Of a stretch of 64,000 nt of DNA, positions 9,547 through 17,731 are shown piece by piece. The DNA lies in the NCBI GenBank assembly GCA_947449005.1, contig CANFPP010000007.1, positions 3,195-67,194 on the forward strand, written 5' to 3'. The notes beneath the pieces were generated by a model, which was given only the letters and a program-made list of their open reading frames with translations, had not been told where the DNA came from and ran no database searches. Numbering within the stretch: the first letter of the stretch is position 1; every line of letters begins with the position of its first letter. Both the position numbers and the translations under genes were made by a program. The stretch is from Holosporales bacterium (lineage in GTDB: Bacteria > Pseudomonadota > Alphaproteobacteria > Paracaedibacterales > CANFPP01).

Positions 9547-9974
9547 CCTACGTTCTCTTGACGCTTTTGGATTTGCGCTAACAAAAATCTCGCCTCAACA
9601 AGAAACTTAGGAATGCTTTCAAAGACATCTTGAGCTTTGTCTTCGTTGTAAGTGTGGCTCGTCGTCCCACGATCTCTTCGAAAAACTTTCCATTCTTCCA
9701 ACTCAGCTTGGAGAAGACCCTTTTCATAGCCATTTCTAATAATTTCATTAAATGTCATTTCGTCAACGGCTGCAGGATTTTGCTCTGTTGTTTCGAGAAA
9801 GCGTTTAAGCATCTTATATGATAATTCATAACTAAACTCAAAGGCCTGAATAGCTGCTGCACGCAGATGTTGAATAAGCCGAGGGTCACTTTTAATAAGA
9901 TCTGAGTGACAAAACTCAAGCGCTTCTTCAAGTTGCGCTAAAGCTTTTTTTAATGATGATAAATCAAGGGTCAT
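9543..9974 (-). CDS. HEPN-domain protein (nucleotidyltransferase substrate-binding, HI0074-like; toxin-like partner of MNT)
   Basis: 143 aa, all-helical. RGTTSH fits the HEPN R-X4-H motif. The pairing with the MNT gene is classic. Confidence 0.8.
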   Translation of the reverse strand: MTLDLSSLKKALAQLEEALEFCHSDLIKSDPRLIQHLRAAAIQAFEFSYELSYKMLKRFLETTEQNPAAVDEMTFNEIIRNGYEKGLLQAELEEWKVFRRDRGTTSHTYNEDKAQDVFESIPKFLVEARFLLAQIQKRQENVG

Positions 9975-10119
9975 TCTATTTCCTGTTGTGTTTCCAAAAT
10001 GAAGAAATCAAGAAACACTAGCATTTTTCATCACTTTTTATCCATCCTAAATTTTTCTCTTAACTCGAATGAGATAATTCGCTATCTATTATGGATAACT
10101 ATTTTAAAGGATGAATTTG

Positions 10120-10854
10120 ATGTTTTCGCTTATTGGACAAACAGCTCTTGTCACCGGTGCCACTGGCGCTATTGGTCATGCGATCGCTTGTGCCCTGCAT
10201 GCACAGGGAGCAAAAATTGCAATATCCGGCACCCGCGAAGCCATGCTACAAGAATTAGCAGCTAAACTTGAAGGAACAGTCGTTCTTCCCTGTAATCTAT
10301 CTGATGCCGCAGCTGTTGAGACCTTATTCTCTCGCGCTGAAGAAGCCTTAGGTAAGATTGATATTCTCGTTAATAATGCAGGTATCACGAGAGATAGTCT
10401 CGGTATGCGCCTTAAAGATGAAGACTGGCAGCAAGTAATTGATGTCAATTTAACCTCTACTTTTCGTCTTTGTCGCGCTGCAATTAAATCGATGATGAAA
10501 CGTCGGAATGGGCGTATTATTAACATCAGTTCCGTTGTTGGTGTTACAGGAAACCCAGGTCAGGCAAATTATTGTGCATCAAAGGCTGGCGTTATTGGCA
10601 TGTCAAAATCTCTAGCACAAGAAGTTGCAAGCCGCGGAATCACGATAAATTGTATTGCCCCTGGTTTTATCGAGTCTTCCATGACAGAAGTTTTACCAGA
10701 TACTGTTAAAGAAAAAATATTATCATCAATCCCAATGGCAAGAATGGGAACACCTGATGAAATAGCTGCAGCAACAGCGTTTCTAGCCAGCCCAGAAGCC
10801 ATATACATTACAGGTCAGACCTTGCATGTAAACGGCGGCATGGCGATGATTTAA
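10120..10854 (+). CDS. fabG: 3-oxoacyl-ACP reductase
   Basis: Motifs: TALVTGATGAIG, NNAG, YCASKAG (SDR catalytic YxxxK). ATG 10120 is preferred over 10111 because of its spacing from AAGGA at 10104-10108. Confidence 0.93.
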   Translation: MFSLIGQTALVTGATGAIGHAIACALHAQGAKIAISGTREAMLQELAAKLEGTVVLPCNLSDAAAVETLFSRAEEALGKIDILVNNAGITRDSLGMRLKDEDWQQVIDVNLTSTFRLCRAAIKSMMKRRNGRIINISSVVGVTGNPGQANYCASKAGVIGMSKSLAQEVASRGITINCIAPGFIESSMTEVLPDTVKEKILSSIPMARMGTPDEIAAATAFLASPEAIYITGQTLHVNGGMAMI

Positions 10855-10943
10855 GCCAGCTTTTAATTCTTTTCTTGAGTTTTTTGGAAAACCCAGGTAA
10901 GAAGATGAAAAACATAGATGAATACTAAACGAAGGATTTTAGA

Positions 10944-11180
10944 ATGAGTGACGTTTCCGCACGTGTTAAGAAAATTGTTATTGAACATCTAGGTGTTGAT
11001 GAAGCAAAAGTTGTTGATAGCGCTAGCTTTGTTGATGATCTTGGAGCAGATAGCTTGGACCAAGTTGAACTTGTTATGAAGTTCGAAGATGAGTTTGGTT
11101 GTGAAATTCCTGATGATGCAGCTGAAAAAATCACAACAATCAAAGCAGCTATTACTTTTATTGAATCACAAGCTCATTAA
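10944..11180 (+). CDS. acpP: Acyl carrier protein
   Basis: 78 aa. [14 protein letters not shown] carries the phosphopantetheine Ser. Confidence 0.97.
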   Translation: MSDVSARVKKIVIEHLGVDEAKVVDSASFVDDLGADSLDQVELVMKFEDEFGCEIPDDAAEKITTIKAAITFIESQAH

Positions 11181-11216
11181 TTTTTACCAAGCTTTATAAA
11201 CTGTGAGATTTTGAAT

Positions 11217-12488
11217 ATGCGTCGGGTTGTCATTACTGGTGTCGGTGCCGTTACTCCTTTGGGGAATGGGCATGAAGTTAGCTGGAAACGTCTTATCAAC
11301 AATCAATCAGGTATTAACGCCATCACTTCATTTGATGTGAGCGATTTACCTGCTAAAGTTGCTGGTCAGATTCCATTAACTACGCCAGAGACTCCTGAAG
11401 GCGAAGGTCTGTTTGATGCGGAACAATATGTTCCGTTAAAAGACCAAAGAAAAATGGACAAGTTTATTGTTTTTGCTATTGCAGCAGCTAATCAAGCTAT
11501 TAAAGATTCTGGGTGGGTTGCAAATAGCGAAGAAGATCAAGAACGTACCGGTGTAATTATCGGTTCTGGTATTGGTGGACTGATGCAAATTCATGACACC
11601 ACGCTTGTTTTAAAAGAACAAGGCACACGCCGCGTTAGTCCCTTTTTCATCCCCTCTTCTCTTATAAATCTTGCTTCTGGTCATGTGTCAATTCAACACG
11701 GATTTAAAGGCCCTAATCATGCTGTTGTTACAGCTTGTGCCACAGGAGCGCATGCAATAGGTGATGCAGCAAGAATGATTCAATTTGGTGATGCTGACGT
11801 TATGGTTGCCGGTGGTTCAGAGGCGGCAATTTGCCGAATTGGAATGTCTGGCTTTGCCGCAGCAAGAGCTTTATCAACTTCATTTAACGATACTCCTGAA
11901 AAAGCATCTAGGCCCTGGGACAAAGACAGAGATGGTTTTGTCATGGGAGAAGGCGCAGGAATTGTTGTAGTTGAAGAATTAGAGCACGCAAAAAAGCGTG
12001 GCGCTAAAATTTATGCAGAAATTATTGGGTATGGTCTTTCAGGAGACGCTCATCATGTAACCGCTCCTGCAGCCGATGGCGATGGTGCTTTTAGAGCCAT
12101 GAGATCTGCTATAAAAAATGCAAAAATTAATGCAGAAGAAATCCAATATGTTAACGCTCACGGTACATCCACTCCACTTGGTGATGCTGTAGAAGTTGTT
12201 GCCATGAAGCGTTTATTTGGTGATCACGCTTATAAACTTGCGATCTCCTCAACAAAATCCGCAATTGGGCACTTACTCGGGGCAGGTGGTAGCGTTGAAG
12301 CTATTTTCTGTGCTCTCGCTTTAAGAGACAATGTTTTGCCTCCAACTCTTAATCTTGATAACCCATCTGAAGGATGTGATTTAGATTTCATCCCGAATCA
12401 AGCAAGAGCTCAAAAAGTAGATACAATTATCTCAAACTCATTTGGCTTTGGCGGCACAAACGCCTCTCTCATTTTCCGCAGAGTTTAA
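11217..12488 (+). CDS. fabF: 3-oxoacyl-ACP synthase II
   Basis: Motifs: VVTACATGAHAIG (active Cys), NAHGTSTPLGD, SNSFGFGGTNASL. The ORF opens at TTG 11211; ATG 11217 is the likelier start. Confidence 0.95.
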   Translation: MRRVVITGVGAVTPLGNGHEVSWKRLINNQSGINAITSFDVSDLPAKVAGQIPLTTPETPEGEGLFDAEQYVPLKDQRKMDKFIVFAIAAANQAIKDSGWVANSEEDQERTGVIIGSGIGGLMQIHDTTLVLKEQGTRRVSPFFIPSSLINLASGHVSIQHGFKGPNHAVVTACATGAHAIGDAARMIQFGDADVMVAGGSEAAICRIGMSGFAAARALSTSFNDTPEKASRPWDKDRDGFVMGEGAGIVVVEELEHAKKRGAKIYAEIIGYGLSGDAHHVTAPAADGDGAFRAMRSAIKNAKINAEEIQYVNAHGTSTPLGDAVEVVAMKRLFGDHAYKLAISSTKSAIGHLLGAGGSVEAIFCALALRDNVLPPTLNLDNPSEGCDLDFIPNQARAQKVDTIISNSFGFGGTNASLIFRRV

Positions 12489-12506
12489 GGAGAAATTGCT
12501 TAACTG

Positions 12507-12671
12507 GATGGCCACGCACCTACGGTGCTCGCCATGACGGCGAAAGAATGTGTAGTTTTAGATAAAATGCAAATACTCACTGCCTTCATAACGGTCCCCT
12601 TTTCACTTTAGCTGCCCAAAAATAATTAGCCCCCTCTCCTGTCATGGCGGTACCGTAGGTGCGTGGCCATC
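12507..12671. repeat. MITE-like palindromic element (~165 bp) directly after fabF
   Basis: The left end is gatggccacgcacctacggtgctcgccatgac (12507-12538). The reverse complement of the right end (12641-12671) is gatggccacgcacctacggtaccgccatgac. The first 20 nt and last 9 nt are identical, and both ends fold into nested hairpins. Confidence 0.6.
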
Positions 12672-12755
12672 AAGAAAAGATCTTGATGATGACGGCAATC
12701 TGGAGATATAACCTAATCTCAAAATCACATAAACAATTCACTCCATCAAAAAACA

Positions 12756-12783
12756 TTGACAGCAGCCCTCTAGCTAATACTAT
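12756..12783 (+). promoter_or_regulatory. Putative promoter (TTGACA-N16-TACTAT) for small ORF 12822
   Basis: Perfect -35 hexamer at 12756-12761 and a -10-like TACTAT at 12778-12783. Confidence 0.4.
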
Positions 12784-12821
12784 TATTTTTTAGTTAAATT
12801 TTATTAAAATGAATATTAATT

Positions 12822-13217
12822 ATGATCAAACACATCTTCTCCTTTATTCTCTCTACCATTATTCTGATAAACATAAATGCCTTTTCGATGGACCAAGAAA
12901 AACCTTTAGGTGAAGAGACAAAAACATTAAGGCAAGATCCAATCACCAAATCTTATGATGATAAGATGTATGATGATGAAGTTCCATTACTTACAAAACC
13001 TCAATTCGCAGCACTGATATTTTTTAAAATTTTTATTCAAGCGCCCATTGAAATCATTGATGGCTCAATGAAAATGGCTCCCATATTAATAAAACCGACT
13101 GTTAGTTTCTCTGTTGATTCAGCAAATAGCATACGTGAATTTATAGAAGTTGTTTACTTTCTATACAATTCAGACTCTGTATTAGAGGAATTTTATTCAA
13201 TAAAAAAAGAAACTTAA
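12822..13217 (+). CDS. Small signal-peptide protein, family member 1
   Basis: 131 aa. The leader MIKHIFSFILSTIILININAFSMDQE resembles those of ORFs 13387 and 14846. Confidence 0.5.
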   Translation: MIKHIFSFILSTIILININAFSMDQEKPLGEETKTLRQDPITKSYDDKMYDDEVPLLTKPQFAALIFFKIFIQAPIEIIDGSMKMAPILIKPTVSFSVDSANSIREFIEVVYFLYNSDSVLEEFYSIKKET

Positions 13218-13224
13218 TTTGATT

Positions 13225-13272
13225 GTGGATAATACCTCATTAAGCAATCATGTTATTTTTGCTACAAGAGCT
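13225..13272 (+). pseudogene. Possible remnant of an SDR gene 5' end
   Basis: It translates to VDNTSLSNHVIFATRA, against MNNTSLKNHVIFITGA at the start of the SDR gene at 13853 (10/16 aa identical by hand). Similarity is lost afterwards and a stop follows. Confidence 0.3.
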
Positions 13273-13329
13273 GCACACTTACATATTGAGGATAATCTTC
13301 ATTCAACAAAATTATTTGCAGAATAAGTG

Positions 13330-13359
13330 TTGACAATAACCTAACATCCATTTTAATCA
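13330..13359 (+). promoter_or_regulatory. Putative promoter (TTGACA plus an AT-rich -10 region) for small ORF 13387
   Basis: Perfect TTGACA at 13330-13335. TTTAAT or TAATCA lies 16-18 nt downstream. Confidence 0.35.
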
Positions 13360-13386
13360 TATTTAAATTAAATTTTAACTACATAT

Positions 13387-13710
13387 ATGGTGTTTGTTAT
13401 GAAATATACTCTATCTCTTGCCTTTTTAGCTTTCTTCCTCATAAATGACCAAGCTTATTCAATAGATAAAGAGGGAGATGAAAATGAGAAGCATCTTAGC
13501 TGCTGCGGTATTATGTGCAGCAATTTATTAAAACCTTTGGATCTAGTCATGGACGGTTCTCAGCGCGTTTGGTTAGTAAAACAAGCAGATGAGTATATTC
13601 TTAATTCTATTGATCAATTGACAGCAGATTATTTTCTCAATCCTCTTCTATCCTTATTGGTAAAGATCCCAAATGATTCTAAAGAATCAAACGATAAGAA
13701 AACCCGGTAA
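13387..13710 (+). CDS. Small signal-peptide protein, family member 2
   Basis: 107 aa. Leader MKYTLSLAFLAFFLINDQAYSIDKE; the alternative start ATG 13399 is equally possible. Confidence 0.45.
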   Translation: MVFVMKYTLSLAFLAFFLINDQAYSIDKEGDENEKHLSCCGIMCSNLLKPLDLVMDGSQRVWLVKQADEYILNSIDQLTADYFLNPLLSLLVKIPNDSKESNDKKTR

Positions 13711-13852
13711 CTAACAACATCTATTTGTGATAATTATAAATTTCCCATAAATAATATTGTGATCTAGAGTAACTACTCAGCATTTCTTAGACTCCACAGA
13801 TTTGCTGAGTGATTACGATTGAGAAACAAAACTAAACACAGAGAAGCTGTCC

Positions 13853-14629
13853 ATGAACAACACATCCTTAAAAAATCACGTTATTTTTATTACCGGCGCC
13901 ACATCTGGTTTTGGTAAAGCTTGCGCAGAGTTGCTCGCCTCCTATGGAGCAAAGTTAATTCTGACAGGAAGACGATACGAAAAACTAAAAGAGCTCCAGC
14001 AACAACTTGGTGCTGAGCAAGTTCACATCGCTGCAATGGATGTTACGCAGCAGGATGCTGTTCAAAATGTTATTAGTGATTTGCCTGAAGATTTTAAGAA
14101 CGTCACAGTTCTCATCAATAATGCGGGGCTTGCCCTAGGTCTCAATCTGGCTCAAAACTGCGATCTTAATGACTGGCAACAAATGATTGATACCAACATT
14201 AAAGGAGTCTTGAACTGCACTCATGCCATTCTGCCAACAATGATTGAAAACAATAATGGATACATTATCAATATTGGCTCTATCGCCGGAAGCTATTCTT
14301 ACCCTGGCGGCAATGTTTACGGAGCAACCAAAGCATTTGTAAAACAATTCTCACTGAATTTAAGGGCAGATTTATTTGGAACCCCTATTCGTATTACCAA
14401 TATTGAACCTGGTCTTGCTGAAACTGAATTTTCCGTCGTGCGCTTTAAGGGTGATGCTGAAAAGGCAAAAAAGCTTTATGAAGGCACGGTTCCCATTATA
14501 GCTCAAGATATCGCTGAAACTGTTTTATGGTGCATCAGTAGACCTCCACATATCAACATTAATCGTATTGAAGTCATGCCAACGTGCCAATCCTTCTCTA
14601 TGTTTGCAATTGATAGGACTCTTTCTTAA
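13853..14629 (+). CDS. Short-chain dehydrogenase/reductase (YdfG-like NADP-dependent)
   Basis: 258 aa. Motifs: ITGATSGFGKA, NNAG, YGATKAF. Confidence 0.88.
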   Translation: MNNTSLKNHVIFITGATSGFGKACAELLASYGAKLILTGRRYEKLKELQQQLGAEQVHIAAMDVTQQDAVQNVISDLPEDFKNVTVLINNAGLALGLNLAQNCDLNDWQQMIDTNIKGVLNCTHAILPTMIENNNGYIINIGSIAGSYSYPGGNVYGATKAFVKQFSLNLRADLFGTPIRITNIEPGLAETEFSVVRFKGDAEKAKKLYEGTVPIIAQDIAETVLWCISRPPHININRIEVMPTCQSFSMFAIDRTLS

Positions 14630-14630
14630 G

Positions 14631-14768
14631 CTTCCGCCCATCAGTTTAATCTTTGCTCTACATCTCTTCACTGAGATGGCGAGCAAAGGGAATAAAACAT
14701 ACAAAACAAATCGCACAATAAGCAAAAGCATTAATTAGCAGCCTACAAAAAAAATGATGGGTGGCTAG
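14631..14768. repeat. Possible short inverted-repeat element after the SDR gene
   Basis: cttccgcccatcagttt (14631-14647) is compared with the reverse complement of aaaatgatgggtggctag (14751-14768). They share the core CCCATCA and flanks, but the match is imperfect. Confidence 0.3.
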
Positions 14769-14786
14769 ACTCTTAAGACTTGCTCA

Positions 14787-14815
14787 TTGACATAAATAAT
14801 TTATTTTAGTCTAAT
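14787..14815 (+). promoter_or_regulatory. Putative promoter (TTGACA-N17-TCTAAT) for small ORF 14846
   Basis: Perfect -35 at 14787-14792 and TCTAAT at 14810-14815. Confidence 0.45.
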
Positions 14816-14845
14816 TTTAATTAAATATTATTATTAGATGCGATT

Positions 14846-15241
14846 ATGATGAAATATCTCTGCTGCCTTGTTTTATTTACTATTCATTTCAATATAAATG
14901 CCCTTGCAATGGAGGATGAGCTTTTTCAGAAAACAGGCACAACATTAGTAAAATCGCTTAGTTCTAATTCTTTGAATGGAAGCGATTGGGGATTTATTGA
15001 TGATGAAGAAGCTAAAAAAGACCCTATAGATTATGGAGCAATACCATACAGCCAAATTGAAGACATGGAACCTATTGATTGCATTACATTTGAATGCTGT
15101 TGCAAATCTGTGGTTATTTTTTTTGCTTACCAAGCCAACTTATTGTGGAACGTCATTCCACCTACATACGATTGGGTAGACCTATATAAAAGATTCCTTT
15201 GTAAAAGGATTGATTATAAAAATGAAGATGACGATAGTTAA
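14846..15241 (+). CDS. Small signal-peptide protein, family member 3 (Cys-rich, acidic tail)
   Basis: 131 aa. The leader is MMKYLCCLVLFTIHFNINALAMEDE and the C-terminus ends NEDDDS. Confidence 0.5.
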   Translation: MMKYLCCLVLFTIHFNINALAMEDELFQKTGTTLVKSLSSNSLNGSDWGFIDDEEAKKDPIDYGAIPYSQIEDMEPIDCITFECCCKSVVIFFAYQANLLWNVIPPTYDWVDLYKRFLCKRIDYKNEDDDS

Positions 15242-15288
15242 CCAACTTAGTAATCAACATCTTAAATTTTTATTGGTATACTTCTCAC

Positions 15289-16314
15289 ATGTTAGAAAAA
15301 TCATCTCTTGCAGAGCAACGCCTTAGGGATTGTCTAAAGATCAATTACGACATTGAAGTTACCACGCTTACATTCCTTCCTCTGGGTGCAGATATGCATG
15401 CCTCAGTCTATAAAGCGCAAGCACATAACCAATCATCTTATTTTATAAAGTTAAAACATGGACACCACCATGATATCAGCGCTCGCATAATTACACTGTT
15501 ACATAATGAAGGAATTCAACTAATTATTCCCATCGTTAAAACAATCCACGGTCAATCGACTCAGTGTATTGATGATTTTAGCCTGACTGTATCTCCCTTT
15601 ATCGATGGTCACGATGGATTTAGCCGTGACCTAACCAACGATCAATGGTATACGCTCGGCAAAGTGATGCGTCAAATTCATGAAATTAATGTGCCAGTCG
15701 CAATCCAAGAAAAGATCCGTCGAGAATCTTATTCATCCAAATGGCGACAGGCCGTGCGACAACTCTATCCACTGATTGAATCGGAACCGAGTGGTGACAT
15801 AATTGCCGTTAACTTGCTGACTTTTATGAAAAAACATATGACCTCTATTCATCGGCTAGTAGACCGAGCTGAGCAGTTGGCCCAAATGGCCCAAAGCCAA
15901 TCATCTCACTTCGTTCTGTGCCATTCTGATCTTCATGGTGGCAACGTATTAGTAGATAAAAATGATACCATCTATATAGTAGATTGGGATGACCCTATCC
16001 TCGCGCCTAAGGAGCGTGACCTCATGTTTATTGGCGGAGGTGTTGCTAATCTTTGGAATAAACCACATGAGAAAGAGTTGTTTTATAAAGGCTATGGGAA
16101 GACCGAAGTTAATATGACGCTTTTGGCATATTACCGACATGAACGAATCGTAGAAGATATAGCAATATATGGCCAACAGCTACTTCAAACAACAACAGGG
16201 GGGCAAGATCGAATAAACTGGTATGAGCAATTCACAGCCCAGTTTGATCCTCAAGGCGTAGTAGAAATAGCATTTAACACAGATGAGACCTTTGACAATA
16301 TAATGTTTGTTTGA
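15289..16314 (+). CDS. Aminoglycoside-phosphotransferase (APH) family kinase
   Basis: 341 aa. VLCHSDLHGGNVLV is the Brenner motif HxDxxxxN, followed by IYIVDWDD. From memory the overall pattern recalls APH(9)-type spectinomycin kinases; this is unverified. Confidence 0.8.
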   Translation: MLEKSSLAEQRLRDCLKINYDIEVTTLTFLPLGADMHASVYKAQAHNQSSYFIKLKHGHHHDISARIITLLHNEGIQLIIPIVKTIHGQSTQCIDDFSLTVSPFIDGHDGFSRDLTNDQWYTLGKVMRQIHEINVPVAIQEKIRRESYSSKWRQAVRQLYPLIESEPSGDIIAVNLLTFMKKHMTSIHRLVDRAEQLAQMAQSQSSHFVLCHSDLHGGNVLVDKNDTIYIVDWDDPILAPKERDLMFIGGGVANLWNKPHEKELFYKGYGKTEVNMTLLAYYRHERIVEDIAIYGQQLLQTTTGGQDRINWYEQFTAQFDPQGVVEIAFNTDETFDNIMFV

Positions 16315-16380
16315 AAGACTATATTAAAACAGAGATAAACGGATAAGATTTGAAAAACTGACGGGTGGCAAGAGTTTTTA

Positions 16381-16409
16381 TTGACAAATATTTTATTTAT
16401 CCTAATAAT
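16381..16409 (+). promoter_or_regulatory. Putative promoter (TTGACA plus TAATAAT) upstream of the transporter pair
   Basis: Perfect TTGACA at 16381-16386 and an AT-rich -10 at about 16403-16409. It sits about 120 nt before ATG 16531. Confidence 0.35.
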
Positions 16410-16530
16410 AAAAAGTATGAATAGAAAATTAATCACAATTCTCTCCACCACAAAATCTACCGCTTAGGCGGTCACATATTCTCACACCCTTTTTATATCA
16501 TTTTTCAATACTTTTTCTGAGAGAATTATT

Positions 16531-17709
16531 ATGCTGAAAAGTCTTCCCGTTCAGTTAGTTTTGTGTTTAATTGTGGCGTTTGTTGTTGGTGATTACTTCA
16601 ACATAGAACTTATTCGCTGGGCGTTCACGATCAGTTGCTTACTTAAAGAAATTTTAATGACAGTTCTTCCTGTTGTTATCTTCAGCTACATATTTGCTGC
16701 TATGCTTTCTTTCGAGAAAAAAGCTCCTCTTTTGATTGTCTGTATTCTCTCTATGGTTGTCTTATCAAATGGAACTGCAGCTTTACTCTCTTACAGCGCA
16801 GGATTGTTGGCATTACCTTATTTGATCACAGCAGACTCTGCACACCTAAGCAATATGGCTGTTGATGTAATTACACCTATTTTTAACATCAGCATCCCCA
16901 AGCTAATTGCTCCGGATAAAACATTGATTCTTGGAATTACTGCCGGTCTTATCTTTAGTTTCTTAAATAAACCACAGATCAACAAGTTCGCACTTAAATT
17001 TAGAGAGAACGTTACAGTAGTTTTACAAAAGTGGTTCATCCCCTTTTTGCCACTTTATGTTTTTGGCTTCGTTCTTAAAATGCACCATGAGGGTGTTTTA
17101 ACAATGCTGTTCAAAAATTACGGGCAAGTCTTTCTCCTTGGTTGCCTTCTGATCATTCTCTATCTGTCTGCCTTATACTTTATTGCCAGCAACTTTAATT
17201 ATAAAAAGTTTTTAGCCTATCTCAAAGAAATGATGCCAGCTGGCCTTACTGGCTTTAGTACAATGTCAAGCGCAGCCACAATGCCTTTCACTCTTAACGC
17301 AACTGAGAAAAACTTAGAAGACAGAGAGTATGCTGACCTTGTTATACCCTCAACGGTTAACATCCACCTGATTGGTGATTCTTTAATGATTCCCCTAACA
17401 GCACTTTCCATCCTTCTCTTATCTGGACATGCTTTGCCAAGCTTAGAACATTACCTGATATTTGTTGGCTACTACTGCCTTGCAAAATTCTCTTGCGCTG
17501 CTATCCCAGGCGGAGGCGTCATTGTTATTATCCCGGTTGTGCAATCACATTTAGGATTAAGCGCAGAAATGTCGAGCCTTTTAGCAACACTCTATATTTT
17601 ACAAGACCCAATTTTCACAATGAGCAATGTAATGGGTAATGGAGTTTTTGCTATTCTTTCTCAAAAGATTTGCCGGTCTATAGGTGTTTTGAAACCAAAG
17701 GCCACTTAA
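16531..17709 (+). CDS. Dicarboxylate/amino acid:cation symporter (DAACS/SLC1-type), copy 1
   Basis: 392 aa, polytopic. GFSTMSSAATMPFTL resembles the SSSxATLP hairpin motif, and AAIPGGG resembles the HP2 motif. Confidence 0.75.
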   Translation: MLKSLPVQLVLCLIVAFVVGDYFNIELIRWAFTISCLLKEILMTVLPVVIFSYIFAAMLSFEKKAPLLIVCILSMVVLSNGTAALLSYSAGLLALPYLITADSAHLSNMAVDVITPIFNISIPKLIAPDKTLILGITAGLIFSFLNKPQINKFALKFRENVTVVLQKWFIPFLPLYVFGFVLKMHHEGVLTMLFKNYGQVFLLGCLLIILYLSALYFIASNFNYKKFLAYLKEMMPAGLTGFSTMSSAATMPFTLNATEKNLEDREYADLVIPSTVNIHLIGDSLMIPLTALSILLLSGHALPSLEHYLIFVGYYCLAKFSCAAIPGGGVIVIIPVVQSHLGLSAEMSSLLATLYILQDPIFTMSNVMGNGVFAILSQKICRSIGVLKPKAT

Positions 17710-17731
17710 GATGTTACAAAGGAAATTTATT

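Noticed and set aside
9999-10265. 88-aa plus-strand ORF overlapping the fabG start, and ORF 10925-11143 antisense to acpP.
   Set aside because: Neither has a motif. Both are displaced by strongly supported fabG and acpP reading frames.
13774-13809. Hairpin ACTCAGCA-N20-TGCTGAGT between small ORF 13387 and the SDR gene.
   Set aside because: It has only an 8-bp stem, a large loop and no U-tract, so I could not support a terminator or riboswitch call.
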